Below are positions 41,497 to 54,657 of a stretch of 64,000 bases of DNA, one piece after another (the stretch's first letter is position 1; each line of letters starts with the position of its first letter). The position numbers were made by a program, and so were the translations under genes. Under the pieces are notes generated by a model. The model searched no databases and had not been told where the DNA came from. It worked only from the letters and a program-made list of their open reading frames with translations. The stretch spans positions 66,776,001 through 66,840,000 of the forward strand of contig NW_024704742.1 of NCBI RefSeq assembly GCF_018977255.1. Direction: 5' to 3'. This stretch comes from Callorhinchus milii (Eukaryota).

Positions 41497-41957
41497 ATAA
41501 TAATAATAATCCTTACATTCGATATAGCACCTTATCATGTCATCTAGACATCTCAAAACGTTTCATAGGATTTTACGGTGAAGTGTTATTTGTTTGTATT
41601 TTTAAGTGTTTATTTGTGTGTATTTGTAGGCGAACATACCAGCCAATTTGTGCACAGCATTGCCCCACAAATCGCCATAAAGTTTTAGCTATGGGACTGT
41701 TTACCAAGACACCGAGAAAAAACTCCCTTTGCTTTTCTAATAGCCATGGAATCTTTAACGTTCACTTGAACAGGCAGACGAGACCTCGGTTTAACCTCTC
41801 AGCCGAAGGACGGCACCTCCAATGATGCAGTGCTCCCTCCAGCACTTCACCAGAGTGTCAGCCTAGAGTGAGTTCAAAGTCACAATGGGGGCGAGGGCTT
41901 GAACCTATAACCTTCTGACTCAGAGGCGAGAGTGCTACCAACCAAGCCAGCCTGACA
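41497..41957 (-). mobile_element. Older long-form Deu SINE
   Basis: Reverse-complement match to 29015-29420. Confidence 0.82.
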
Positions 41958-42104
41958 TGCAGCATAAATATGTTGAACGTTGGAAATCCTTAAGCTTGGT
42001 GATGGGTTTCCATATGTGTTAGACTTCCATCTGACGCCCCAAAAAAGATAAAGTATTTCTTATTTTTTCTTAAATAACAAAGGAATAGAACTACATATCC
42101 ATAC

Positions 42105-42216
42105 CAGGTTGCTCTTCTTGCCTCTTCTGTTTTTCCTGTTCCAGTCTTACAATGTCTTCTGGATTAGTGGGATTTCCTTGTTCATCCCTTGGGATAATCT
42201 TTCCATGGAAAGGGCA
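42105..42216 (-). CDS. UVSSA: UVSSA internal exon (CPFHGK, completes the zinc finger); not in the supplied ORF track
   Basis: Manual translation of the minus strand: acceptor TTGCACAG|, CPFHGKIIPRDEQGNPTNPEDIVRLEQEKQKRQEEQP, donor G|GTATGG (112 nt, phase 0 to 1). Confidence 0.93.
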
Positions 42217-43139
42217 CTGTGCAATGAATAAAAACGATTAGAAATGCAATCTCTAAGAAATGTTCCCTGAACAGAAATCTCTCCAACTACATGCTGATCC
42301 TGTTTTAAGGCGCCCTGCTACAGGACAAGCCAATGTATAGTTAACGATTGAGGTGTGTACTGTATGATAACCTAGCAGTAAGTAGGAACCCGATTGTTAG
42401 TCGATTGATGGATCGCATTCCAGGGGTAATAATCCCTTGAAAAAAAATTTGGTCACTCAATCCACGACTGTTTGTGGGACACTGCTGCATTTTGCCCACA
42501 AAATAACAAAATACAGTCAATCCACTTTACAGTATATCCTGTGAAGTGCTTTGAGACGTCTCAATGACAAGGTGGAATGTCAAATACAAGGATTATTATT
42601 ATTACTATTGTAATAGCGTGGTCTTACCGCCTCTGGTTGGACACTAGTAGTGCCTTACATTTATATACTCACGTAAATATAAATGCCTTCACACCCCAGC
42701 ATCTCCCTAGCTCTGATCTTTTCACACCCACTCCTCTCAGAGAAATGTGCTGTCAAGTTTTATTTGCCTTGAGTTGCTAGCCGAGGCCCAAACACCACCA
42801 ATCCGGAACCCATGAGACCTTGTTTCTTAAAGTGTAAGATGGCACATGATTGAGAAAAAGTCTTAAATTCAGTTGTAATTTGAAACTGGCTTTCCTGCAG
42901 TTGTTAAATGAAGCTTTTCACAGTTCTTAAACACCTAATGAACCAGCTGAGTGCAATAAAAATAAAGTCCATGAATCCGACAGCGAGCGTGGAATTTCTT
43001 GCGTAAACATCTCAACAGCAAATTCAGAAAAGCCAATTTTTGGATAAGGCCCTGGGCATGTCTAGAGGATTACTGGTGGATAACGGCTGTGGGCACACTT
43101 GGGCTTTGTTGCCACTGGAGGGGTGGGGGAACGGAATAC

Positions 43140-43372
43140 TTAGTGCTGTAGCATAGTGGTTAGAGCACTAGCCTCGCAAGCAAGAGGATCCGGGTTCAAA
43201 TCCCAGGTGAGTTTCCTTACTCCACACATCTGTTTACTTTGCAGTAAGTAGGTAAACAGATTTCCCACAAAATATAGTCAATTCACTTTACAGTATATTC
43301 TGTGAAGTGCCTTGAGATGTCTCAACAGAGTGATAAGGCGTTATATCAAAAGCAAGTATTATTATCATCATT
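43140..43372 (+). mobile_element. Internally deleted SINE of the same family
   Basis: Head GCTGTAGCATAGTGGTTAGAGC...GGTTCAAATCCC and the shared 3' tail. Confidence 0.78.
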
Positions 43373-44542
43373 ATTCCTCTGCAGGTCTTGTAGGCCTGAG
43401 GGTCACTCTCAGTCACAGCTTCTCTGACAATCTCTACATGCCCTACTCTCTGTTCCATCTAGATGGCTCATCCTACCTTGTCTTGGCTCTCCCAAACGTG
43501 GCCTAATACTCTCTGCCATGAGGTAAGCAGGGTCTGTTTCTCTGGGGGAAGAGTATGCGCATTCAATTAGACATAAATAAATTTCCTTGTATGGGTGGAA
43601 TATGTATGTGGAACTCTGTCTGGTTTGGATGTTCTTAAATATGGCAGTGCGTACATGTCAGGCTCACTACACACACGCACAAAAAAAACCTGCTGCAAGC
43701 TGTGCATCTGCGCTCCAAGACTCTCTCCACCACCACTGCGATATTTATGGGACACGATAGGTGCAAATTAAATGCCTCATTTGCCTACTAACAACATTAA
43801 TTTCATTTCTAATTAATGGCATTCCGTAAAGCGTTTCAAGACATTTGTTTTACGTGAAAGAAACCTTACGAAATGGCAGTTGCTGATACACCCAGCAATG
43901 ATTACCACACAACACTCTCTGTGCTGTTTACTCCGCTCCTGCTAGGGTGATGCTTTGAAATCTTCCTCTTTGTTCAGCTCGCTCACTCCAGCTTTGACCT
44001 CGCTTTTGATCGGCCGTGTGCAGCTTTCTTAGCTGTACAATGCCACAAGAGTTCCTATTTTATCAGCCTTTAACAAGGTCTCAATGGATTGAAAGGGCCT
44101 TTTTCTTCTGTTTACTAACTATTTTAACTTTTGTTACTGAGAAAGAGAGGTCACATATCCCGAAAACTCCATTCTGGCTACGAGTGGCCACATATTTATT
44201 AAAATTAGCGAAAGCAGTGTCGTTGGCGGCATCACTTGTGACACTCTAAATATCAAATATTAATTTAATTTTGTAGGTACTGAACCATAGCTTATGAAGG
44301 CTGTAAAAAATGCCTAATGCAGTCCTAATAATAATTTTTTAAAAATTATTTTTTATTTTCATGCATTTCTTAAAACCATTCAAAAGTTAACTATGTGTTC
44401 AGTTTCAGAAAATAGTGTGATTTCTGAGGGAACTCAGCCTCTCTGATGATTCACTTAAGAGTTTTGATTCAAATCTTTGTTGAGTTAGCAGATCTTGAGG
44501 AGAGGGGGACAGAGTCAGTATTAGGGTTAGGGAGTTATTATG

Positions 44543-45043
44543 GGATCAAATTCAAGATCCTCATCCTCACTTTCAACGCCATCCATGGCCTTGCCCCCTC
44601 CTACCTCTCTGACCTGCTGACTCCCTACCAACCTGCCCGCTCCCTCCGTTCATCGGGCTCTGGCCTGCTCCATGTCTCCCTCCTGACCCACCCTAATATC
44701 GGTGGCCGGGCTTTCAGCCTCTCTGCCCCCACACTCTGGAACTCCATCCCACGGTCCCTTCACCTCACTTCCTCCCTTGCCTCCTTCAAAGCTGGTTTCA
44801 AGACGCTTCTCTTCAATCGTGCCTTTGGTCGCCCACCCACCTCTCTGGCCTTTCCTCACCCCTGCAACAACAACAACAAAATTACATTTATAGATCGCCT
44901 TTCATGTCGGGAGGACGTCCTAAAGCGCTGATCATCCAAAAGCACTTCTACCCCACCCCTCCCCCATGCTTGGATCCCGACACCTGACTGTTGTTCAGCA
45001 CCTCCCGACGTGAAAGGTGGTCTATAAATGTAATTTTGTTGTT
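44543..45043 (+). mobile_element. L2 LINE 3' fragment with an antisense tail copy inside it
   Basis: [36 protein letters not shown]...[15 protein letters not shown]; tail at 45001-45043. Confidence 0.88.
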
Positions 45044-45873
45044 AGGGTTCAATTCACTTCACTTTCCTGTTACAATGGGGAGTGGGGTGGAGGAGAAAAA
45101 AAACCTAGGCTTTCTAGGGCTAAACTGCTCAAAAAATTACAAATGTTTACTGATGCCAGAGAGCAGCAGATTTTTTGCACCAGCTGTAGCCTTCAAGAGA
45201 GGTGAGAAAAAACTGGAAACAGGGAAATAAATCTGCACAGGTTTTCAGGCAGAGCTGGAAGATCACATTTTGAGGCTTTGCAAGATGAAACATCTGCGCA
45301 ATACTGACTTTAAGCTGACACAATTCTATTGTAGCAAGAGGCAGAACACACAGCAATTTCCACACATTATAAAAATAAATATGAGCAAGGTAGCGAGGGG
45401 TGCCAAATTTAGACACACTTATTACATGGTTTTGCAGTTCAGCATGACGAATATCCGAAAAATTAGTGCTTTCTACAGCAAGGAGAGTAAACAGATGAAG
45501 AAATTACGTGGCAGCATATATTGAGCAGAATGGCCATATTATCAAAAGCCATTTTTGCTAAAATGGTCTGACATTTGAAAAGAAAGTGAATCTTGTCTTA
45601 TACAAAATTGCAGCAGAAATGACTGATTCTGACACCTTGAAAATGTTGTTCTTCCAGAGAATGGTATCACGGGGACTTCATTGAAATAACTATAATAAAT
45701 ACACTGCTGTGCGCAATTGGCTGCCACGTTTCACCCACAAAATATAGTCAATTTACTTTATAGTATATTTTGTGAAGCACTTTGAGACATCTCAAAGATG
45801 TGATAAGCGCTCTATCAATTGCAAGGATTATTATAATAAAGGACAGCATTCCTTTTCTTTGCTCATATGGTTA

Positions 45874-46194
45874 CACCCCAGGAAATTATGCACAGAAAAA
45901 AAATGCAAAATTAAACTTTTTTTATACAATTTAAATGCAGTATTATTTTATTGTAGCTTCTTGAGAAAGATATGGAGGCCAATTTTCGTGAATTTTGTAT
46001 TGATATGGCACATTTATTTCTATTTATGAAGCACATTATTGTATTTTTCTACGAAGCATACGTCCGGATTGCGCGGAGCACGACAGGAAGAGAGGCTGAG
46101 CGGGAGGCATGAGGCAGTTCGACCACATTATGCAACATTACGTGCCCACAAACTTATTATGCAAGAAATTACGTGGACATAATTCCCTGGATTG
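45874..46194. mobile_element. Putative MITE / non-autonomous DNA transposon flanked by TA
   Basis: Left end TA|CACCCCAGGAAATTATGCAC; reverse complement of right end TA|CAATCCAGGGAATTATGTCCAC. Confidence 0.5.
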
Positions 46195-48249
46195 TATATG
46201 ATGAGAGTAACAATGTAGGTTGGCAGGGTTACTTTTCACTTTCACAGCCCTTGTTGCTGGCGTTATCCACCCCAAATATTGTGGCAATGCCTTCAGCACT
46301 GACACCTTTCTCAAGTTACATCCACATGTTGTAACTACAATAAGTAAAATTGGACATTCGCTTCATGGTTATTTGTAGGACATCACTGTTTGCCGCAGTA
46401 ACTACACTTTGCTGTAAAAACCTTTGAGGTGGTTTGAGACGTCTCGATGACATGATAAGGCAGGATATCAAATCCAAGGATTATATTTATTATTATTTTT
46501 CAACTTCCATACTGAAAAATATTAATTAGTTTGAAGAAAAGTAAATTTGTATACAAGATGACTCGCAGGCAATATCCCACTCACTGCTATGTTTGTGCAG
46601 TGACTATTACAAATGGAACACCTACAGATATTTATTAATCATGTAATAAAGATTGGTTCAATAACCATTAAATCCTTTTCATTGCTTGCTAATTCCACAG
46701 TTAAGGGCCCTCCCATTGTATGTGTACAGTTACACATGGTGCATAATAGATCCCCCTAAAAACATAAAGCTGTTATATTGGGAAAGATCATTCAACAACA
46801 ACTTACATTTATATAGCGCCCCTCACGCAGGGCAGCATCCCAGAATGCTTTCAACCCATAGTATCATGTTGTAGGGCATAAACAATTTCCTTCTTTAAAA
46901 TCATTGTCCTACTCCAATCCCACATCCCTCCAATCTTCATCCCATTCCCTGCCAATGCTCCAACAAGCAGCAGTTAACTTACTGGGTAGTGCAGTAGCTC
47001 ATTCCATATATTAATGAAAAGTGTGATGAAGCTATTCCTTATGTTAGTTTATCTTGTGGCTTTCCTCAGTTTATATCTGTGTCTTTCTCTCCTAGAGTTG
47101 CACAAAATAACATTTACATCCACCTTATCAATTGCCTTTATTATTTTTTGTGATAAGAGTGGGTGGGTTTATCTTCCTTAGCCTCTCAGCTCTCAATGAT
47201 CAAAAACCTGGAAGAGTCTTTATTGTCTTTCTCTGAATCTTTTTCACTGCCTCTAGTTTCCTTAGGTACGGCAATCACACATGGACAGAATAATCCAGGC
47301 GTGATCTCACTAATGCTACAGAAAGTGTCAGTAATGCTTTAGATTTATATTTTGTGGATTACTTATACACGCCAGCATTTCATTTTGTGAAAATTCAAGT
47401 ATGTAATACCAACTGCATTACCCTTATCTGCCATGTCAGGTTAGCTGAGCACGACCTCCCCTTCCTGAATCCTTGCTGACTCTCCTTTAACAAGATATCC
47501 TTTTCCAGGTATTAATTCATTGGGCAAGAGGCTGAAATTCCACTGTTACCTACTTATGCTGTGTGAGTTTATGATATTGTTGTGAGCAAATTGGCTGACG
47601 CATTTGCCTACATGGTCACTAAACTTGAGTAAAATCCTGTGAAGCTCTTTGAGATGTCCTCCCGACGTGGAAGGGGCTATATCAAATGTAAGGATTCTTA
47701 TTATTGTTATACAATTTAAATTTATATATCATCTTTTGCATTGGGTGACACCTCAGAGTGTATGAATTGATTATATTTTAATATTCATACGTATTCTCTG
47801 AGAGAAATTATGCCTTTCATGTGAAATACAGAGGCAATGGGGAGAAATTTGGGGCAAATAACAGGACTGGATCTTAAATCAATGTGTTATGAGGGGGCTA
47901 ATTCCCCTTTGTACATACCGGTAACATTCTCACAAAATATGCCGTACAAGGGGAACTACAACAGAGTCAGCAGGAGGTTTGACTTCTGATAGTCATTCAA
48001 TGATGAACCTTTGTGGCAAAATAGCCAGAGAATTCACTAAGGAGTCAATAATCATCATAAAATCCTTCCACTTTCTTTCCCTACCTTCAAAACTCTCCCT
48101 GACTATGCTTTTGAACATCATCTTTATTGCCCCTCAGCCCCCCTCTTCCCCCATTTCCTTCATCCTGCTCAGGATGCGTTGAAAAGCACTTTGAATCCTT
48201 AACTTACTTAAAAAATGCGATATAACTGCATGCTGTTGCTGTTATACGA

Positions 48250-48810
48250 CCATAAAAATTTACAGCACAGAAGACCATTCAGCCCATCTTGTCCATGCTG
48301 ACTCTTTGAAAGAGCAATTAATTCAGCCCCATTTACTGGCCCCTTTCCCCACCTCCTGCAAATTACTCCTCTTTAGATATCTAGGAAGGAGATACTGCTT
48401 GCGTGAAGGGCACAATATAAATACATGTTGTTGCTGTAGTACTTAGTTCTCATAAAAATTAATATGGATTCTGTCTCGAACACTACTTTTGATCTGTTTG
48501 TGTAAAAAAACATTTTAATGTGCTCTGCTCCAAAGTTAATTCTCTTAAATTAATGTCCTCCAGTCACTGACTCATCAACCATTTGGAAATAATTTCTCCC
48601 ATTTGACGCTTTCAAAATCCATCATAATGTTTAGACCTCTATCAGGTCTCTCCTCAGCATTCTGTGTTCAAGTGAAAATAGGCACAGTTCCTCAAGCCTC
48701 TGGCATACTGCTCAGCCCTGTTATCATCCTAGTAAATCTCCTCTGCTCCCTCTCTATGGCTCCTTCCTAAAATGCTGTGACAAAAATGGACACAGTTCTC
48801 TAAGTAACTG
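48250..48810 (-). mobile_element. Degenerate CR1 LINE 3' fragment
   Basis: Colinear similarity to the 34127-34590 element. Confidence 0.6.
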
Positions 48811-50099
48811 TGGAGAGTGAAATCGTTCAGTATAGGGCAACAACAAATACTTGTATCCTATAGTGCCCTTCACGCAGAGTAGCTGTCTCGGACCTCAAGC
48901 ATATACTATTTCTGCTTCCCATCAACGACTCACATATACAGCAATGCGATCTGTCATTCAGTGCATTTTGTTGTTTAAAAATCACTCATGAAAATTGATG
49001 GGACAGTAATCATACCAAGCATATTCCCAAAAGACTCTTACTGAAGGAGGTCTTGGTTTCAGATGTAGAAGATTATTCTGTGTTATAGTAATTGCAGATC
49101 TATTTAAAAGCTGATCTCTCCCAAATGTGTTACATGTTGCCATACAAATTACTGAATGCGACAGACACCTGGCCATATTTGCTATTTTAAATGATACTTT
49201 TCTACTTCAGCTAATACTGAAAGCCAAGTAGTTTCATATGTTAATATCATGATTGCAAAAGTTGATGCGAGAATGCATTCTTTCACAATGCTTTGTTCCT
49301 GTAGTGAAGTTCACCATCAGTTATAATATACTTTGGCCCTGTTATAAACACAGTTCATTATTGCGTGAATTTGCTTAAAATTACGATTGCACTGTTGACC
49401 CAGTTCTCTGTGCATTCACACAGCCAGACCATTTGTTTCCAATTCACTGGCTGGCTTTTCACACAAACCTTGCCCGTCAATGTCACTTCCTGATGTGCTG
49501 TGCATGTGTAAAGCGGGAAGTGATGTCACTAGCAACCTAACGACTCGGAAGTCGGTCATTTTAGGTTCAGCTCATAAAAAAAGGGCCATCTTTGAGGACA
49601 TCAGGTCACCGTTTACATCAAGTCAAACAGGATGTAATATGGTGGTGACCGTAAGATCCAGAAGTTGGCCACTTTTTCTTTTAACGTAGGAACCAGAAGA
49701 TGTGCACTTTGTACACACATACAGTCAAACCGTGCCTCACCAGGTTGGCATTTTGTGGATCCCAAACAAGGACAGATTGCATTTTTTGCTTTTAACAAAG
49801 TGCCCATTAACATCAAAAGTCTCAAAGGGCTTCACACTGGATTGCTGTCAAGTAAAGACTATGTTTGCACACAACAGATGTGAGTTAATAGTACATTTGT
49901 CAGGGTTTCATACTTTGCAGTCTTAAATCTAATACAAACATGTCTGCATCCATTAGAATAATTACTTTGGTAATTTTTCTTCAAGTAAGTTTATATTTTA
50001 AGATTCATCTTTAATTCACTGAGATGAGCGCAACAGTTGTGAATAGTCAGAAGTCTCATCAAAATCTAATGTGTTTGCTTTATCAGATGTAATAATGTA

Positions 50100-50576
50100 T
50101 AATAATCCTTGAATTTGATATAGCGCCTTATCAGGTCTTTGAGACATTTCAAAGAGCTTCACAGAATATACTGTAAAGTGAATTGACTGTATAGTTTGTG
50201 GGCAAAATACAGCAGCCAATTGTGCACAGCAGTGTCCCACAAACAGTCGTGGATTGAGTGACCAAATTATTATTATTATTTATTAGTTTATTTTTTTGAA
50301 GCCATTACCATCTCTGAAAAAGCCAATCGACTAGCAACCGGGTTCCTATTTACTGCTATGTAAACAAGTTTGTGGATTAAGGAAACTTACCTAACTTTAT
50401 AAAACTTGCCATTTTTTTGGGTGGGGGGGGATTATTACCCCCAGAATGCAATCTGCCAATCAACTAACAACCAGATTCCTACTTACTGCTGGGTAAACAG
50501 ACTTGAGGAGTAAGGAAACCTGCCACATGTTTTGCCCCGCCAAGAATCGAACCCAGGTCCTCTTGCTTCCAAGGTA
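50100..50576 (-). mobile_element. Two stacked SINE copies of the same family
   Basis: The middle segment occurs twice (50310-50395 and 50430-50576), with one tail at 50100. Confidence 0.78.
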
Positions 50577-50650
50577 AGTGTACCTGTTGCAAATTTTTTA
50601 AAAAAACATAGCTTACTGCTACTGGTGATCTTAAAACAACAGTTATAGAC

Positions 50651-50834
50651 CTTGAGCCGATCCTGGCGTTGGCAAAGTGTTCCATCAGGCATTGGTGCTT
50701 GGCACTTGTGATTTACTGGCTGAAACTCTCCGGCAAAGGTGATGTATCTGGTCTTCAGCATGGCTGCCAACTCATTATTCTCACTCTCGCCCTCTTCCTC
50801 TTTGTAACTCCAAAAACTGTGCTGACAGTCCACT
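50651..50834 (-). CDS. UVSSA: UVSSA internal exon (first part of the UVSSA zinc finger)
   Basis: TTTTCTAG| acceptor in phase 2. Encodes (K)[61 protein letters not shown]. Donor AAG|GTCTAT, phase 0. Confidence 0.92.
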
Positions 50835-52699
50835 CTAGAAAACATTGAACAGAAGGATGAAAAGGCAGGAACCCTTCAGCTGAAACCATTTAAATGCACG
50901 GAGGGGAGATGTACACAGTGAATTTTATGCTTACATAACACAGTTGTTAGAAGAATACACTTTTTGTTTTAATTGGCACAAATTTGAACCAGCTGAGTGC
51001 TGAGCCAAAGTGCCAGGTGATGGTTTCTCACCACGTTTTCTTTATGCACTGACCTCGGCCAGAGCGTTGGACAAAACAGTTTCACAAGACCACGGGAGGT
51101 TTAGATGAGGAAGGCCTTCAGCTCATTTGATCTTCCAGAATACCCACCCTACTGTGTTTACAGTGCTCCTAGCACTTACCCTTCATGAAGGGCACTATAC
51201 ACAACAACATTTATATAGCACCCTTTACGCGGATTAGTATCCCGAAGCGCTTCTGCGTGTGTGTGTGTTTATACATACATATATATAAAATATATACACA
51301 CACAAGTTATTGTTGTTTTCCCCATCACACGATCAAGCTGTTTTTTCAAATGAGCCCAGACTCCTGGCCTCAACTACCCTTCCCGGCAACCTGTTCCAGT
51401 TGTTAATTACCCCTCTGGGTGAAGATATACTTCTTGGTGTCCATCCTGAAATTACCATTTGCAACCCTAAATCGTTGTCCTCTAAGGATAACTTCTAACT
51501 GGAAAACAATCTGTACCATGGGTGGAACATCTCAGCATGAGAATTGTAGAGGTACATTTGCAGAGCAAAAAGTCATGGGTGTAGGTCATTTGTCTGATCA
51601 TTTAAGTCACAGAAAGTTCTACTTTACAAGGGGCCCAAAGGAGGAAATAGAAACAACAGAGGGAAATAAATAGAATAATTATCCAATAATAATAAAACCC
51701 CTTAATATGCCTAATGTAATTCTAAATTTAAGAAGATATTTATTCTAATGTGCACTGAAACGGTGGATGTGCATGTAGGAAGAATGTTTCACTGTCTGCA
51801 AAAGCAGGGCTTTTCCTGTCTCAAGCAAAGGATAGAATGCCCTCTTGTGGCTGAACGGTGACATCCACTGTCTATTGGAAAGGTTCTGATATCGTCCTGG
51901 ATCATATCATTTAAACCAAACATAAAGTTGAGTACAGTAAAAATATAAAATGAAAAGGTGATAAGAAGAGATTGGGAAACTCATTTAAAGCAATGGGAAG
52001 CAAAGACATAGAAGCTTAATTGTACACTGTACATTTGGCACTATGAAGTGAACCGCAAAGTTCTGGAGTGCCAGCGTCACATTGTGGGAATATTGTTTGA
52101 TGCCCAGAATATGTCTCCAAGCTTAGCAATGCTGCTTTCAAGTGCTTAGATGACCAAGCATTTTCTGATTGGCAAACACATGTGCACACTCACCTCTTAA
52201 TACTCAATCGCCTTTTATAATAACAAATAATCCTTGCATTTGATATAGCGCCTTATAACATCTTCGAGACGTCTCAAAGCGCTTCACAGAATATACTCAA
52301 GTGAATTGACTGTTTATCGAAGAAACACACAGAAACACACCTCTTAGCACAGCACACAGTCAGCGTAAGCTCAGGAGCTGGTTGTTCAGTCATCCTCAGT
52401 TTCAAATGTCCCATGAAGGTCAGCAAAAATTTGCTGGAGAAAATAACTTGAAAAAGAGAGGTTGGTGTTCAAGAACAACAAAAATGGTGACAACTTTGTC
52501 CCATTGCACATTTTTGTCTTAATCAGGGCACTCTGGTGAAAAAGTAAAAACAAGATGCGCTCAATGCATGGCTACTGCCTGCAGCAAACAAAACAAATGG
52601 TGCAGTTTAGTGACTGTTTTCCTCAGGAACAGATACAAGTTTGAGCTGATAAGAGTCATCTCTGCTTCACAGAAGTATTAGCTACTTCTAGCTTACCAC

Positions 52700-54657
52700 C
52701 ATAACCTCCATGAAGCCCACCACCTACTCCCTGGACCCCATCCCCACTCCTCTCCTTAAATCCCAGTTCCACCTCCTTGCCCCACTGTAGAGTCCTGTAG
52801 CTCAATGGTGAGAGCACTCGCCTTGCAAGTGAGACCTGGGTTCAATTCCAGACAGGGGGAACCCTTGGGCAAGTTTCCTTACTCCACACGCCTAATAATA
52901 ATCCCTTCAAAAAAAAAACAATAATAAATTGGTCATTTTCAATCCACGACTGTTTGTGGGACATTGCTGTGCGCAATTGGCTGCCGCGTTTCGCCCACAA
53001 ATATACAGTCAATTCACTTTACAGCATATTCTGTGAAGCGCTTTGAGACGTCTAGAAGATGTGAAAAGCGCTATATCAAATGCAAGGATTATTATTATTA
53101 TTATTACTTGCCGACATCATTAACCTCTCCCTGTCCTCTGGCACTGTTCCTTCCCCCTTCAAAACAGCCACTATCACCCCCACCTTGAAGAAACCTTCCC
53201 TTGATCCATCACAGCTATCCAGCTACCGGCCCATCTCAAATCTCCCCTTCCTATCCAAGGTCCTTGAGAGAGCCCTTGCCTCCCAGCTTCTCTCTTTCCT
53301 CTCCTCTCACTCCCTCCATGAACCCCTCCAATCGGGTTTCTGTGCTGCCCACAGCATGGAAACTGCTCTGGTCAAGGTCACAAATGACATCCTGACCATG
53401 TGTGACCAGGGCTCCCTCTGTCTCCTCGACCTCTCCGCCACCTTTGACACCGTGGACCACTCAATCCTCCTCCACCGCCTCTCTTCCCACCTCAACCTTC
53501 AAGGTTCTGTTCTTGACTGGTTCAGGTCCTAACTTTCACACCGCCTCCACTTCGTCATGGCAAATGGCTTCTCCTCCAGTCCGCGCACCGTCTTGGTGTT
53601 GCTCATGGGTCTGTCCTCGGTCCCCTCCTCTTCACCCGCTACATGCTCCCCCTTGATGACATCATCCGCAGACATGGGGTAAATTTCCACATGTACGCAG
53701 ATGACACCCAACTCTATCTCTCTGCCTCCACCCTGACCTCCAGGACTATTGGCGTCCTGACCGACTGCCTGTACTGGACGAGAGACAACTTTCTCCAATT
53801 CAACGTCAGCAAAACCGAGGCCCTCCTGATTGACTCGCGCCAGGACCTCCGCACCTCAGGCGCTGGCAGCATCAGCCTCCATGGCTGCACACTCAACTTC
53901 ACTAAGCCAGTCAGGAACCTGGGTGTCTTGTTTAACCCAAAACTGTCCTTTCTCCCCGACATCCGCACCATGACCGGCACTGCCTACCACCACCTCCGCA
54001 ATATTGCCAGACTCCACCACTGCCTCACCCCTCAGGCTGCCGAAACCCTCACCCACGCATTTGTCACCTCAAGGCTCGATTACGGGAACTCCCTCATCGG
54101 CCTTCCCAACTCTTCCCTTCACAAGCTGCAGATCATCCAAAACTCTGCAGCTTGTGTACTCTCACACACCAGGCTCCGTGACCCCATCACTCCCACCCTC
54201 GCCCGACTCCACTGGCTCCCCATCCCCCAGAGGATTGAGTTCAAGATCCTCGTCCTCACCTTTAAGGCCATCCATAGCCTTGCCCCCTCCTACCTCTCTG
54301 ACCTGCTGACTCCCTACCAACCTGCCCGCTCCCTCCGTTCAGCGGCCTCCAATCTGCTCCATGTCTCCCGCCCGACACGCCCTACCATCGGTGGCCGGGC
54401 TTTCAGCCTCTCTGCCCCCACACTCTGGAACTCCATCCCATGGTCCCTTCGCCTCGCTTCCTCCCTTGCCTCCTTCAAGGCCGGTCTCAAGACCCTTCTC
54501 TTCGACCGTGGCTTTGGTCTCCCTCCCATCTCTCTGCCTTCCCTCACCCCTACATCACCCATGCCCCATGCTCGGGCCCTGACACCTGACTGTTCTTGCT
54601 TTGGGACATTCTCTTGATGTGAAAGGCGTTCTATAAATGTAATTTTATTGTTGTTGT
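52700..54657 (+). mobile_element. L2-clade LINE, 5'-truncated, degenerate ORF2 reverse transcriptase, interrupted by a SINE
   Basis: Translates KPTTYSLDPIP..., LADIINLSLSSG..., [68 protein letters not shown]. Stop/frameshift near 53530-53640. 3' tail ...CTATAAATGTAATTTTATTGTTGTTG. Confidence 0.93.
52788..53106 (+). mobile_element. Full-length tRNA-headed Deu-type SINE (short young form) nested in L2
   Basis: A-box TAGCTCAATGG, B-box GGTTCAATTCC, Deu-like core TGTTTGTGGGACATTGCTGTGCGCAATTGGCTGCCG, (ATT)n tail. Confidence 0.92.

Noticed and set aside
49481..49530. Short inverted repeat TCACTTCC...GGAAGTGA
   Set aside because: Only about 8-10 bp arms and no element termini that I could define; insufficient support.
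53080..54617. Functional reverse transcriptase gene or retron-like system
   Set aside because: 5'-truncated L2 lacking the endonuclease, with a stop, frameshifts and a SINE insertion.
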